Positions 31,041 to 40,215 are shown, counted from the first letter of the stretch. The stretch: 64,000 nucleotides of DNA from an uncultured Chloroflexia bacterium (GCA_963735455.1 CAVTKZ010000002.1:326009-390008), one strand, 5' to 3'. Notes: a model not told the origin generated them from the sequence alone. Numbers and translations: made by a program.

Positions 31041-32149
31041 CCGAGCTCCTCCGGCTGACCGGCCTCAAGGTCCACTTCCCGATCCGGGGCGGGATCTTCG
31101 ACGCGCTTCGGCGCCGGCCGCGGGGCTACGTCCGGGCGGTGGACGGGATCGACCTGACGATCAACAAGGGCGAGGTGCTGGCCCTCGTCGGCGAATCCGG
31201 CTCGGGCAAGACGACCACCGGCCGGGTGATCGTCAAGCTCACCCGCCAGACCGGCGGGACGGTGGTCTTCGACGGCCAGGACGTCAGCGATCGGTGGGGC
31301 GTGTCGAAGCTGCGCGAGTACCGGCGCCGGGTCCAGATCATCTTCCAGGATCCGTACGAGACGCTCAATCCGAAGCAGACGATCCACGATTTCGTGGCCG
31401 AGCCGCTCGAGGTCAACCACCTGGTCGAAGACGCGCGGCCGAGAAGGAGCGCCGGGTGGCGGCGGCCCTCGAGAGCGCCGGGCTGCGGCCGGCCCGCGAG
31501 TTCGCCTTCCGCTTCCCGCACGAGCTGTCGGGCGGCCAGCGCCAGCGGGTGGTGATCGCCGGGGCGCTGGTCATGAACCCCGAGCTGGTCGTCGCCGACG
31601 AGCCGGTCTCGATGCTCGACGTCTCGATCCGGACCGAGCTCTTGCGGCTGATGCTCGACCTGCGCCGGGACTTCGGGCTGACCTACCTGTTCATCACCCA
31701 CGACCTGTCGCTGGCCTGGGTGATCGCCGACCGGATCGCGGTGATGTACCTGGGCAAGATCATGGAGATCGGCCCGGCCGAGGCGGTGATCCGCTCGCCG
31801 CGCAACCCGTACACCAAGGCGCTCGTGAGCGTCTCGCCGACGCCCGAGCCGGCCGATGCCGCCGACCCGCGCCACCCGCTACATCCTCCAGGGCGAGACG
31901 CCCGACGCGGCCCACATCCCGAGCCGGCTGCCGCTTCAATCCGCGCTGCCCGCTGGCCTTCGACCGCTGCCGGGTGGAGGAGCCCCCGTTGTTCGACGTC
32001 GGCGCCGGCCACCAGGCGGCTTGCTGGCTGGCCGAAGGCGGGGCCGAGCTGCCGCCGTTTCCGGCCCGGCCGGGGCTGCCGGCGCTGGCGGTCCTCGGAG
32101 CCCCGGGACCCGCGGAGGCCGTCCTGTCCGGGGCGGCCCCCGAGCCATG
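31037..32149 (+). pseudogene. ABC peptide transporter ATP-binding protein (DppF/OppF-like), about 3 frame breaks
   Basis: Walker A GESGSGKTT (31037 frame); LSGGQRQRVVIAGAL..VVADEPVSMLD (31294 frame); RYILQGETPDAAHIPS (31856 frame); GCRFNPRCPLAFDRCRVEEPP (third frame). Shifts lie near 31430, 31865 and 31925. The stop overlaps the next ATG (ATGA). Confidence 0.8.
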
Positions 32150-32665
32150 AAGCCGCTGTCGCCCGACGAGATCGCGCCGCTCCTGGCCGCGACCGTGGCG
32201 ACGCTCCGGGCCGAAGTCCGCGGACTGGCCCGCGAGGCAGCCTGGCGGCCGGCGCCCGGTGAGTGGTCGGTCAATGAGTGCGTCGGCCACCTGGTCGAAG
32301 CCGAGCGACGGGGCTTCGCCGGCCGGATCCGGCTGATCCTGGAGACGGACGGGGTCGCCCTGGCGGAGTGGGATCCCCCAGCCGTGAGCGCTGCCCGCCA
32401 CGACGAGCTGGCCGACCCGATCGAGCTGGTCGAATCGTTCGCAGCCCTCCGGAGCGAGGGGATCGCCCTGGTCCGCGGGCTCGCCCCGGCCGACCTCGAG
32501 CGGGTCGGCAACCATTCCCGCGTCGGGCCATTGACGATCGGTGACCTCCTCGGTGAGTGGGTCCACCACGACCGGGCCCACGTCCGCCAGGCCCTGGCCG
32601 TGACCCAGGCCCGGGTGTGGCCGCAGATGGGCCGGAGCCAGCGCTTCAGCGAGCTCGGCGACTAG
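32146..32665 (+). CDS. DinB/YfiT-like (DinB_2) four-helix-bundle metal-binding protein
   Basis: EWSVNECVGHLVEAERRGFAGRI...LGEWVHHDRAHVRQ carries the His triad pattern of the DinB superfamily. The gene is translationally coupled to the ABC operon. Confidence 0.7.
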
Positions 32666-33326
32666 CCTCGATCAGGAGCGCGTCGCGGCGGACCCGGCAG
32701 AGCAGGTCGACCAGCTCGAGCCGGTCGACGGCGGCCTCGAGGGTGGTGCCAACGGTGACGGCGCCATGGCGCTCCTGGAGGACGGCCATCGCGAACGGCT
32801 CGGGCGGCTCGGTCAGGGCCGTCGCCACGGCGGCCGCGATCTCCGGGCTGCCCATCGGCAGGAGCGCCACGAAGGGCAGGCGGGGCAGCAGGAGGCGTGT
32901 CTCGGGCAGGTCGTCGGGGCTTGGCCGCTCGCCGGCGATCGTCAGCCCGAGCGAGGCAGCCAGATGGGCGTGGGCGACGGCCCGGACGTCGGGCCGGGCG
33001 CGATAGACCGCACGATGGACGGCGATGTCGGAGCTCGGCCGCGGATCGCTGCCCTCGCCGTAGCCGGCCTCGCCACCGGTCGGTCCGCCGGCTTTGGGGC
33101 CGGCGTCGGAGCCAGGATCGAGGGGGACGAGGAGCAGGTCCTCGACGCTCAGCTCGTCCTTGCGCGCCCCCGACGGGGTCACCAGGAGCTGGTCGCCGAG
33201 GCGGATCGACAGGTTGCCCTCGGCCGCGACGATCAGGCCGCGCGCCCCGAGCCGGGCCCCGGCGCGGACGATCGCCTCGGCGGCCTCGAGGTGGGCGAAG
33301 GCGTCCATGGCCAGATGATCGGGCAT
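32646..33326 (-). CDS. Class II aldolase/adducin-family protein
   Basis: GNLSIRLGDQLLVTPSGARKDEL...IAVHRAVYRARPDVRAVAHAHL...ERHGAVTVG are the characteristic motifs. Confidence 0.8.
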   Translation of the reverse strand: MPDHLAMDAFAHLEAAEAIVRAGARLGARGLIVAAEGNLSIRLGDQLLVTPSGARKDELSVEDLLLVPLDPGSDAGPKAGGPTGGEAGYGEGSDPRPSSDIAVHRAVYRARPDVRAVAHAHLAASLGLTIAGERPSPDDLPETRLLLPRLPFVALLPMGSPEIAAAVATALTEPPEPFAMAVLQERHGAVTVGTTLEAAVDRLELVDLLCRVRRDALLIEASRRAR

Positions 33327-33369
33327 CCGGGCCGCGCCCGTCGGCGGCTCGCTCCGGACCGGCGCAGGG

Positions 33370-34488
33370 TCAGCCCCGCGGGCGGAGCTTCTCCGGGTCG
33401 TAGAGCGCCGGCTCGCCGACCCGGGCGGGGGCCGAGCCGCCGGCGCCGCCTTCGCCCAGGGCGACCTCGACCCGCGTGCCGGTCACCGCCGCGGAGCGCT
33501 CCAGGATGGCCAGGGCGATCGTGCCCAGGAGCGGCGAGGAGGTCGGGCTGGTGGCGCTGCCCACGGACGTGCCCTCGATCGTGACCTGCGCGCCGGCCTC
33601 GGGCACCTCGTCGCCCTCGATCCGGAGGGATGCCAGGCGCAGGGCGGGTGGGCCGGCTTCGCGTTCGGCCCGGATCGCCGCGTCACCGTGGAACGACCGC
33701 CCGTCGATCTTCATGAACCGCTCGAAGTTGATGTCGAACGGGCTCGACTCGCCCGGCGTGTAGTCGTAGCCGGGCAGGATCATGCCCGACTCGATCCGGA
33801 GCACGTCGAGGGCGTCGAAGCCATACGGCCGGACCTCGCCCGATGCGGTCAGCGTTCGCCACAGCGGCTCGGCGTGCTCGGGCCGCACGAACAGCTCGTA
33901 GCCGATCTCGCCCGACAGGCCCGTCCGGGCGATCCAGGCCGGCACGGGCCCGACCTTGACCGGCTCGGTCAGGAACCGGAAGTAGGGCAGGCCAGCCAGG
34001 TCGACGCCAACGTGGCGCTGCAGGATCTCGCGGGTTCGCGGGCCCTGGAACTGGACGTGGGGCAGGTCGTGGACGATCAGCTCGATCGCGACGTCCAGGT
34101 CGGCCGCGACATCGCGCAGGTGGTCGCCCAGGTCGAACCGGTTGGTCATGAACCAGACGTGGTCCGGGCCGAAGACGTAGACCGTCGCGTCGTCGATGAT
34201 CCGGCCCTGCTCGTCGAGGAGCGGTGCGTAGCGGACCCGGCCCGGGCCATAGGCCAGGACGTCGTTGGCGATCAGCCGGTCGGCGGCGCGCAGGGCGTCA
34301 GGGCCGTGGAAGTCCCACTTGATCAGGGCCGAGCAGTCCCATATCCCGGCGCCCTGGCGAACCCCGGCATATTCGCCGTCTCGATCGCCGAAGCCGGTTG
34401 TCCACAGCCAGCCGTCCCAGTCGCCAAACTCGGCGCCGAGCTCTTCCTGAACCTGATGAAAGGCGGAGTGGACGGGCGAATCAGTCAT
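33370..34488 (-). CDS. Aminomethyltransferase (GcvT/DmdA) family, folate-binding protein
   Basis: GIWDCSALIKWDFHGPDA, RTGLSGEIGYELF and ALDVLRIESGMILPGYD. The start is ATG 34488, with TACCCT 6 nt upstream. Confidence 0.8.
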   Translation of the reverse strand: MTDSPVHSAFHQVQEELGAEFGDWDGWLWTTGFGDRDGEYAGVRQGAGIWDCSALIKWDFHGPDALRAADRLIANDVLAYGPGRVRYAPLLDEQGRIIDDATVYVFGPDHVWFMTNRFDLGDHLRDVAADLDVAIELIVHDLPHVQFQGPRTREILQRHVGVDLAGLPYFRFLTEPVKVGPVPAWIARTGLSGEIGYELFVRPEHAEPLWRTLTASGEVRPYGFDALDVLRIESGMILPGYDYTPGESSPFDINFERFMKIDGRSFHGDAAIRAEREAGPPALRLASLRIEGDEVPEAGAQVTIEGTSVGSATSPTSSPLLGTIALAILERSAAVTGTRVEVALGEGGAGGSAPARVGEPALYDPEKLRPRG

Positions 34489-34732
34489 GGCTGGAGGGTA
34501 GGGGCCGTCCGGGCCGCCGGGCGGCGCGTGTCCCGCTTGGCGCGACGGGCGGCCGGCGAGACCGAGCTCCAACCCGGCCGGCGACAGGCGTTACGCTGGA
34601 CCGGGCACGGCGATCGAGCAGCGGAGCGGGCAATGGCTGATCAGTGGAGCGGCGGCGAATCCGGTCGGGGCGAGTGGACCGGGATCTCGATCTTCGGCGT
34701 GGTCCTGGTCGTCGTCGGCGCGATCTGATCGG

Positions 34733-35992
34733 GTGATCGAACCCGAGGCCCAAGCCCCCACCACGCGGGTTCGCGAGGAGCCCCTCAGCCACAACCGGGA
34801 CTTCCTGCTGCTCCTCGGCGGCCAGGGCATCTCGGCCTTCGGCGATGCCCTCAGCCTGACGGCCCTGCCGTTGCTTGTCCTGGCCCTGACCGGCTCGGGC
34901 ATCGCGATGGGCATCGTCGGCGTCCTGAACACGATCCCGGACCTGGTCTTCGGCCTGCTCGCCGGGGTGATCGCGGACCGCAGCGACCGGCGCCTGATGA
35001 TCCTCGGCGCCGATTTCGGCCGGGCGATCCTGACCGGCCTGATCCCGCTGTCGATCCTGCTCGGCGGCCCGACGATCGGGGTGATCCTGCTGATCGCGGC
35101 GCCGATGGCCATGCTCCGTTCGATGTTCCTGGCGGCCTACACCGCCGCCATGCCCAGCCTCGTCGGCCGGCCGCTGCTGGCCCGGGCCACCTCGACCCTG
35201 GAGACGGTCTACAGCCTGAGCTTCGTCATCGGGCCGAGCATCGCCGGCCTGCTTGCGGCGACCGTCGGGTATGGCCCGACGATCGCCGTCGACGCCCTGA
35301 GCTTCCTGGCCAGCTCGCTGGCGATGGCCCTGATCCGGCGGCCGCTCCAGGAGCGCCAGGATCGGCCGCCGCTCAACCTGCGCGCCGAGATCGGGGAGGG
35401 GATCCGCTACATCGCCGGCCACCCAACCCTGCGCATCGCGGTCTCGTTCTGGGGCCTGAGCAGCGTGATCACCGCCGGCCTGATCCCGGTCCTGACCTAC
35501 TTCGTCACCCGCCAGCTGCAGCTCGGGACGGCCGACTTCGGGATCCTCCTGTCGATCAACGGGATCGGCTACCTCGGCGGCGCGATCGTGATGAACCGGG
35601 TCCGGCTGCGATCGGCCGGGAAGCTGATGCTGGCCGGCACGGCGATCGAGGCGATCGCGCTGGTCGCGGCGGTCAACGGCCAGCCTGTGGTCCTCTTCCC
35701 GGCCGCGTTCGTCGTCGGCGCGGCGTCAGCGGCGGTCGCGATCACCTATATCACCCTGCGTTCGGCGGCCGCGCCGGACGAGCTCCTGGGCCGGGTCGGC
35801 TCGACCGCCCGGACCCTGTCGATCGGCCTCCAGCCGATCGGGATGATCACGGCCGGCGTCCTCCTCGATGCGATCGGAGGCGGAGCGACGCTGCTGCTGA
35901 TGGGCAGCGGCCTGCTCCTGGCCGCGGCCGGCTTCTCGCTGTCGGCGTCACTCCGCCGGGCGCTCGTGATCGGCGGCCAGGTCCCGCGCTGA
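34733..35992 (+). CDS. MFS transporter (EntS/MFS_3-like)
   Basis: About 12 predicted TM segments. Sequence includes FLLLLGGQGISAFGDALSLTALPLLVL and GVIADRSDRRLMIL. Confidence 0.85.
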   Translation: MIEPEAQAPTTRVREEPLSHNRDFLLLLGGQGISAFGDALSLTALPLLVLALTGSGIAMGIVGVLNTIPDLVFGLLAGVIADRSDRRLMILGADFGRAILTGLIPLSILLGGPTIGVILLIAAPMAMLRSMFLAAYTAAMPSLVGRPLLARATSTLETVYSLSFVIGPSIAGLLAATVGYGPTIAVDALSFLASSLAMALIRRPLQERQDRPPLNLRAEIGEGIRYIAGHPTLRIAVSFWGLSSVITAGLIPVLTYFVTRQLQLGTADFGILLSINGIGYLGGAIVMNRVRLRSAGKLMLAGTAIEAIALVAAVNGQPVVLFPAAFVVGAASAAVAITYITLRSAAAPDELLGRVGSTARTLSIGLQPIGMITAGVLLDAIGGGATLLLMGSGLLLAAAGFSLSASLRRALVIGGQVPR

Positions 35993-36001
35993 GCGGCCCA
36001 G

Positions 36002-36184
36002 CTACGCGGCGACCGCTTCGAAGGCGGCAGCGCCGAGGATCGGTTCGACGATCGAGAACGCCACCAGGCAGCCCTCGCAACGGATCTCGCCGTCGAGGTC
36101 GAGCTGGTCGACCAGGATGGTCCCGTCGCAGGTGGGGCAATCGACGGCGATCAGCGGGTTGGCGATGAAGGTGTTGGTGTCCAT
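36002..36184 (-). CDS. Small Cys4 zinc-ribbon-like protein (60 aa)
   Basis: MDTNTFIANPLIAVDCPTCDGTILVDQLDLDGEIRCEGCLVAFSIVE has CPxC...CxxC spacing. It is the last gene of the ABC-2 operon on the minus strand. Confidence 0.45.
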   Translation of the reverse strand: MDTNTFIANPLIAVDCPTCDGTILVDQLDLDGEIRCEGCLVAFSIVEPILGAAAFEAVAA

Positions 36185-36250
36185 GGCCGAAGATTGGCAG
36201 CGGCCTGTGACAGCTTGCCTGTCACGCCCCGATTCCGCCTCACGGATCGC

Positions 36251-37129
36251 CTACAGCTCGCGCCGCCGGAAGGAGACCACGGCCAGGCCCAGGACGATCA
36301 CCAGCCAGGCCCCGACCCAGGCGCTGTACTCGAGCGACAGGCCGCTTGCGGCATAGAACGGATTGGCCGCCAGCTGCTCGCTCGAGCGGCCGCTTTCGGA
36401 GGCAACGGCGATCACGACCTGGGGCTCGAGGGCGAAGATCGCCCCGCGCCAGACGCCGTCAGTCGGCAGCAGGATCCGGCTGACGACCGCGATCTGCTCC
36501 ATCAGGTCGGCCTTGAGGTATAGCCCCAGGCCGCCCAGGACCCCCGCCATCCAGCACAGCCCGAAGAGGACCACGACGATCGCCCCGCCGGCAATCGAGG
36601 GCAGGCGGGTCGACAGGAGCAGGGTCAGGGTCAGGACGAGGATGGCCTGCAGGGCGATCGCCCCGGCTGCCCCGAGCGGATCGGGCGGGCCGTAGCCCGA
36701 GGCGAGCTTCATCGCCCCGATCTCGAGCAGGCCCGCGGCCAGGGCGTAGGCCCCGGCCACCACGACCAGGCCCAGCCAACGGCCGACGAGGAAGGTCGAG
36801 CGGCCGATCGGGCGGGCCAGGATCGCCAGCAGGATCCCGCTGTCGATGTCGGCCGACACGGCCGGAGCGCCGATGAACGCGGCGGTCATGGCCAGGATGA
36901 AGCTGAACATGAAGGCGACCACGATCAGCATCTGGCTGACCCCCAGCTGGATCACCGTCTCGCTGCTGCCATTGGCCCGGGCCAGGGACACCAGCCGCTC
37001 GAAGCCGAGACCCGAGAGGCCGACGACCGCGACGGTCAGGACCACGAGGACCCACAGGATCCGGCGCCGGAAGGCGTCGAGGAGCGTCAGCCGGACGATC
37101 GCTAGCAAGGGCAGAACGATCGAGCTCAT
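36251..37129 (-). CDS. ABC-2-type transporter permease
   Basis: 292 aa with six hydrophobic segments. The start overlaps the upstream ATPase stop by 4 nt. Confidence 0.75.
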   Translation of the reverse strand: MSSIVLPLLAIVRLTLLDAFRRRILWVLVVLTVAVVGLSGLGFERLVSLARANGSSETVIQLGVSQMLIVVAFMFSFILAMTAAFIGAPAVSADIDSGILLAILARPIGRSTFLVGRWLGLVVVAGAYALAAGLLEIGAMKLASGYGPPDPLGAAGAIALQAILVLTLTLLLSTRLPSIAGGAIVVVLFGLCWMAGVLGGLGLYLKADLMEQIAVVSRILLPTDGVWRGAIFALEPQVVIAVASESGRSSEQLAANPFYAASGLSLEYSAWVGAWLVIVLGLAVVSFRRREL

Positions 37130-38127
37130 CGCTGCGCCCTGCCCTCGATGACCCGCTGGGCGGCTTGTGCGCCTTCCGGATCGGGCGTCGCCCCGAGCAG
37201 CTCGAGGAAGCGCTCCTCGAGCGTCTCGCGGGCCTGGGCCACGCCATGCACCCGGCCGCCGGCGCCGACGACCGCCGCGACCACGTCCGGGATCCGGGCC
37301 GGCTCGATCGGCCGGATCGTGATCTGCTCCAGATCGGCCGGATCCGTGCTGACCGTTCCGAAGCGGCCCAGCCCGGCCCGGGCCTCGGCCGGCAGGTCGC
37401 TCACCCGAAGGACCACGGCCTGCTCGCCGAGGAGCTCGTCGAGCGTGCCGCCGGCGACCAGCCGGCCCCGGTTCACGACCGCCACCCGATCGCAGACCAG
37501 CTCCACCTCGGACAGCAGGTGGGAGTTCAGGAAGACCGTCACGCCACGATCACGGGCCGCCCGGATGACCTGGCGGACCTCGGTCCGCCCGACGGGGTCG
37601 AGGGCGGATGTGGGCTCGTCCAGGAAGACGAGCTCAGGCGAGCCAAGCAGGGCGGCGCCCAGGCCCAGGCGCTGCTGCATCCCCTTCGAGAAGGTTCCGA
37701 CGGGGTCGTCGGCTCGATCGCCGAGGCCGACCGTCGCCAGGGTCGCCTCCACTTCGGCGGCTCGCCGCGCGGCGGGCAGCCGGGCCAGCTGGGCATGGAG
37801 CTGAAGCACTTCCCGCGCCCGCAGCCAGGACTGGTAGCGGAACAGCTCGGGCAGGTAGCCGATCCGGCGGCGGGTCTCCCGGTCCCCGAGCGGAGCGCCG
37901 AGGACCGTGCCGCTGCCTGAGGTCGCCGCCGTGAGCCCGAGGAGGAGCTTGACCGCGGTGGTCTTGCCGGCGCCGTTCGGGCCCAGGAAGCCAAAGACCT
38001 CGCCGGGCTCGACCCGCATCGACAGGCCGGCCAGGGCGGTCTTCCGGCCGAACCGCTTGGACAGCTCGAACGTCTCGATGGCGGGCGCCGACGGCGCCGG
38101 ACCGGGGTGGCTGGACATCTCGGGCAT
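37126..38127 (-). CDS. ABC transporter ATP-binding protein (ABC-2/drug-exporter type)
   Basis: Walker A GPNGAGKTT, signature FSKGMQQRLGL and Walker B LVFLDEPTSALD. Confidence 0.9.
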   Translation of the reverse strand: MPEMSSHPGPAPSAPAIETFELSKRFGRKTALAGLSMRVEPGEVFGFLGPNGAGKTTAVKLLLGLTAATSGSGTVLGAPLGDRETRRRIGYLPELFRYQSWLRAREVLQLHAQLARLPAARRAAEVEATLATVGLGDRADDPVGTFSKGMQQRLGLGAALLGSPELVFLDEPTSALDPVGRTEVRQVIRAARDRGVTVFLNSHLLSEVELVCDRVAVVNRGRLVAGGTLDELLGEQAVVLRVSDLPAEARAGLGRFGTVSTDPADLEQITIRPIEPARIPDVVAAVVGAGGRVHGVAQARETLEERFLELLGATPDPEGAQAAQRVIEGRAQR

Positions 38128-38262
38128 CGTCGCATGGACGGCCGACGATGGAGAGCTGTGCCGGAGGTGGGGGAGTTTGGGTCGCGGCGATCAGACCAAC
38201 CGGCACGGCGGGCCCCCCGATCCGAAGAGCGAGACGGACCGACCGGCGCGAACCCAGAAGCC

Positions 38263-38292
38263 ACGGTAGGTCCAGTGGGGGTCCGGTGTCAA
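38263..38292 (-). promoter_or_regulatory. Putative sigma-70-type promoter of the ABC-2 operon
   Basis: On the minus strand, TTGACA (38292..38287), an 18-nt spacer, then TACCGT (38268..38263). This would give a leader of about 130 nt. Confidence 0.35.
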
Positions 38293-38449
38293 TAGATGCT
38301 GTCCGCCTTAGTTCAGCCGTACATGACTACCAGCTCGTCAATGAGGCCCCCCGGGCGTGCTCGACCCGGGCGGGACGCGAGGTCGTTGTGCCAACACCGG
38401 ACCACGGATCGAGCCAGGAACACCGAGTCAGGAATGAACGAAGACCGAC

Positions 38450-38572
38450 CTAGTGCGGGATGGGGCCCGTATCACCTCCTGCGAAGACCGTCGCGGCCGT
38501 TGCCAGCACGAGGAGTGCGGCGAAAAGCCAGGACGCGACGACGGCCCGGGACGGGCGAAGCCTGGAACGCAT
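38450..38572 (-). CDS. Unannotated 40-codon ORF encoding a signal-peptide-like pro-peptide
   Basis: Below the ORF-track size cut-off. My translation is MRSRLRPSRAVVASWLFAALLVLATAATVFAGGDTGPIPH. It has a basic n-region, a hydrophobic core and VFA|GG. GAAGGG lies 10 nt before the ATG, and TACCAT (38632..38627) is a possible -10. Confidence 0.35.
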   Translation of the reverse strand: MRSRLRPSRAVVASWLFAALLVLATAATVFAGGDTGPIPH

Positions 38573-38642
38573 GTGCGGACGACCCTTCTACAAGCAGGGG
38601 CTCGTCCGGTCCGGGTTGGCTCGATGATGGTAGGCTGGCTCC

Positions 38643-38960
38643 ATGGGATTGTCAAGTCTGACTAAACAACGACCCGGGGGACCGCCCGCGGACCTGGCGA
38701 TCGAGCTCGGGCGGCGGATCCGGCTCGCTCGCGAGACGCTCGGAATGAGCCAGGCTGAGCTCGGCCGCCCCCTGACCCGAGCCTACGTGTCCCAGGTGGA
38801 GTCGGGCCGGACCCTGCCCTCGCTGCCGGCCCTCCTCCATCTCGCGGAACGGCTGGGGGTCGCGCCCGGCTTGCTCCTCCAGTCGCGCCAGGCTGACCCG
38901 CAGGGGTACACTCGCGTCGATGGCATCACCAACTCGCTCGATCGGCCGCCCTCCGGCTAG
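38643..38960 (+). CDS. XRE-family helix-turn-helix protein (105 aa)
   Basis: LGRRIRLARETLGMSQAELGRPLTRAYVSQVESGRTLPSLPALLHLAERLGV. TAGGCT at 38631-36 lies 6 nt before the ATG. Confidence 0.75.
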   Translation: MGLSSLTKQRPGGPPADLAIELGRRIRLARETLGMSQAELGRPLTRAYVSQVESGRTLPSLPALLHLAERLGVAPGLLLQSRQADPQGYTRVDGITNSLDRPPSG

Positions 38961-40215
38961 GACCGCCTCGGGAATTGGGGGCCGCATCCGGGCCGCCCGG
39001 ACCGCGGCCGGCTGGACCCAGTCCCAGCTCGCCGGAGAGCGCTTTTCGAAGGCCTACATCTCGGCCCTCGAGAACGGCCTGGTCCAGCCCTCGATGGCCG
39101 CCCTGGCCTACCTCGCCGAGCGCCTGGGCACCTCGTCGGCCGCCCTCCTGGCGCGCGACGATCACGCCTGGACGCGCCTCGAGGCCGATCTGCGCCTGGC
39201 AGCCGGCGACTGGCAGGCGGCGGCGGACGCCTTCGAAGCGCTCCTGGCGACGGCGACCGAGCCGCTCATCCGGGCGGAGCTGCTGCGGGCCCAGGCCGAG
39301 GCGCTCTGCCGTCTTGATCGCGGCCGGGAGGCGATCGGTCCGGCCAGCGAGGCGCTGGCCCTCTTCACCAGGGCCGGCCGGGTCGCGGATGCCGCCCTGG
39401 CGACGTACTGGCTGGCGGGCGCCCACTACGCCTCGGATTCGCTGACCGAGGCGCGCAGCCTGCTCCGTGGCCTGATCGACGATCGGGGCCCAGCGGTCGG
39501 CATTGACCCTGACCTCCACGTTCGGGCCCTCGTCGCGGCGGCCAACATCGACACCCGGACCGGCGCTCATGCCCAGGCCCTGGCCCTGCTGGCCGAGGCC
39601 CAGCGACTGGGCGACGGATTCGACGACCTGCGCCGGGCGACCGTCGCCTACGCCCTGGCCGCGAGCTATCGCGAGCTTGGGGACCTCGAGGGCGCCCTCC
39701 GCCAGGGCCAGCGCAGCCTGGCTCTCTTCCGGGCCGCGGCGTCCGAGCGTGATGCGGCTTCGATCGGCAACAACATGGCCCTGACCTACCTGGCCCTGGG
39801 CAACCTGGCCGAGGCGACGCGCTACGCGGACGAAGCCGCCGCGACCCTGACCCGATTGCCCGACACCCGCAAGCTGGCCCACGTGATCGACACCCAGGCC
39901 CAGATCGCCCTTGCCCACGGCGATCTGAGCACGGCCTCCGAGCTGGCCACCAGGGCGGTTGGCCTGTCCGAGGAGACGGGCAACACCAAGGCGCTCGTGG
40001 ACGCCCTGACCACCCGGGCCCGGGCCGCGTCAGCGGCCGGCAGCCGGGATTCCGCCGCGGCCGACTTCGAACGGGCGGCGGGACTGGCCGATGAGGTCGG
40101 CTCCACGCTGCGCCGGGCCGAGGTGCTCCACGCCTGGGCCGGGATGCTGGCCGAAGCGGGCGACCATCGCCGGGCCTACGAGCTGATGCAAGAGGCGGCC
40201 GGTCAGCCTCGGTAG
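38920..40215 (+). CDS. XRE-HTH N-terminal domain fused to a TPR-repeat domain
   Basis: IGGRIRAARTAAGWTQSQLAGERFSKAYISALENGLVQPSMAALAYLAERLG is followed by about 330 aa of Ala/Leu-rich TPR-like repeats (…AASIGNNMALTYLALGNLAEATRYADEA…). The start is uncertain; the listed ATG overlaps the previous gene by 41 nt. Confidence 0.8.
   Translation: MASPTRSIGRPPARTASGIGGRIRAARTAAGWTQSQLAGERFSKAYISALENGLVQPSMAALAYLAERLGTSSAALLARDDHAWTRLEADLRLAAGDWQAAADAFEALLATATEPLIRAELLRAQAEALCRLDRGREAIGPASEALALFTRAGRVADAALATYWLAGAHYASDSLTEARSLLRGLIDDRGPAVGIDPDLHVRALVAAANIDTRTGAHAQALALLAEAQRLGDGFDDLRRATVAYALAASYRELGDLEGALRQGQRSLALFRAAASERDAASIGNNMALTYLALGNLAEATRYADEAAATLTRLPDTRKLAHVIDTQAQIALAHGDLSTASELATRAVGLSEETGNTKALVDALTTRARAASAAGSRDSAAADFERAAGLADEVGSTLRRAEVLHAWAGMLAEAGDHRRAYELMQEAAGQPR

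Noticed and set aside
34634-34728. A 31-codon ORF (MADQWSGGESGRGEWTGISIFGVVLVVVGAI) just upstream of the MFS gene
   Set aside because: It has a single short hydrophobic stretch, no RBS or -10 signal that I could see, and is the tail of a long shadow ORF. The evidence is too weak to call.
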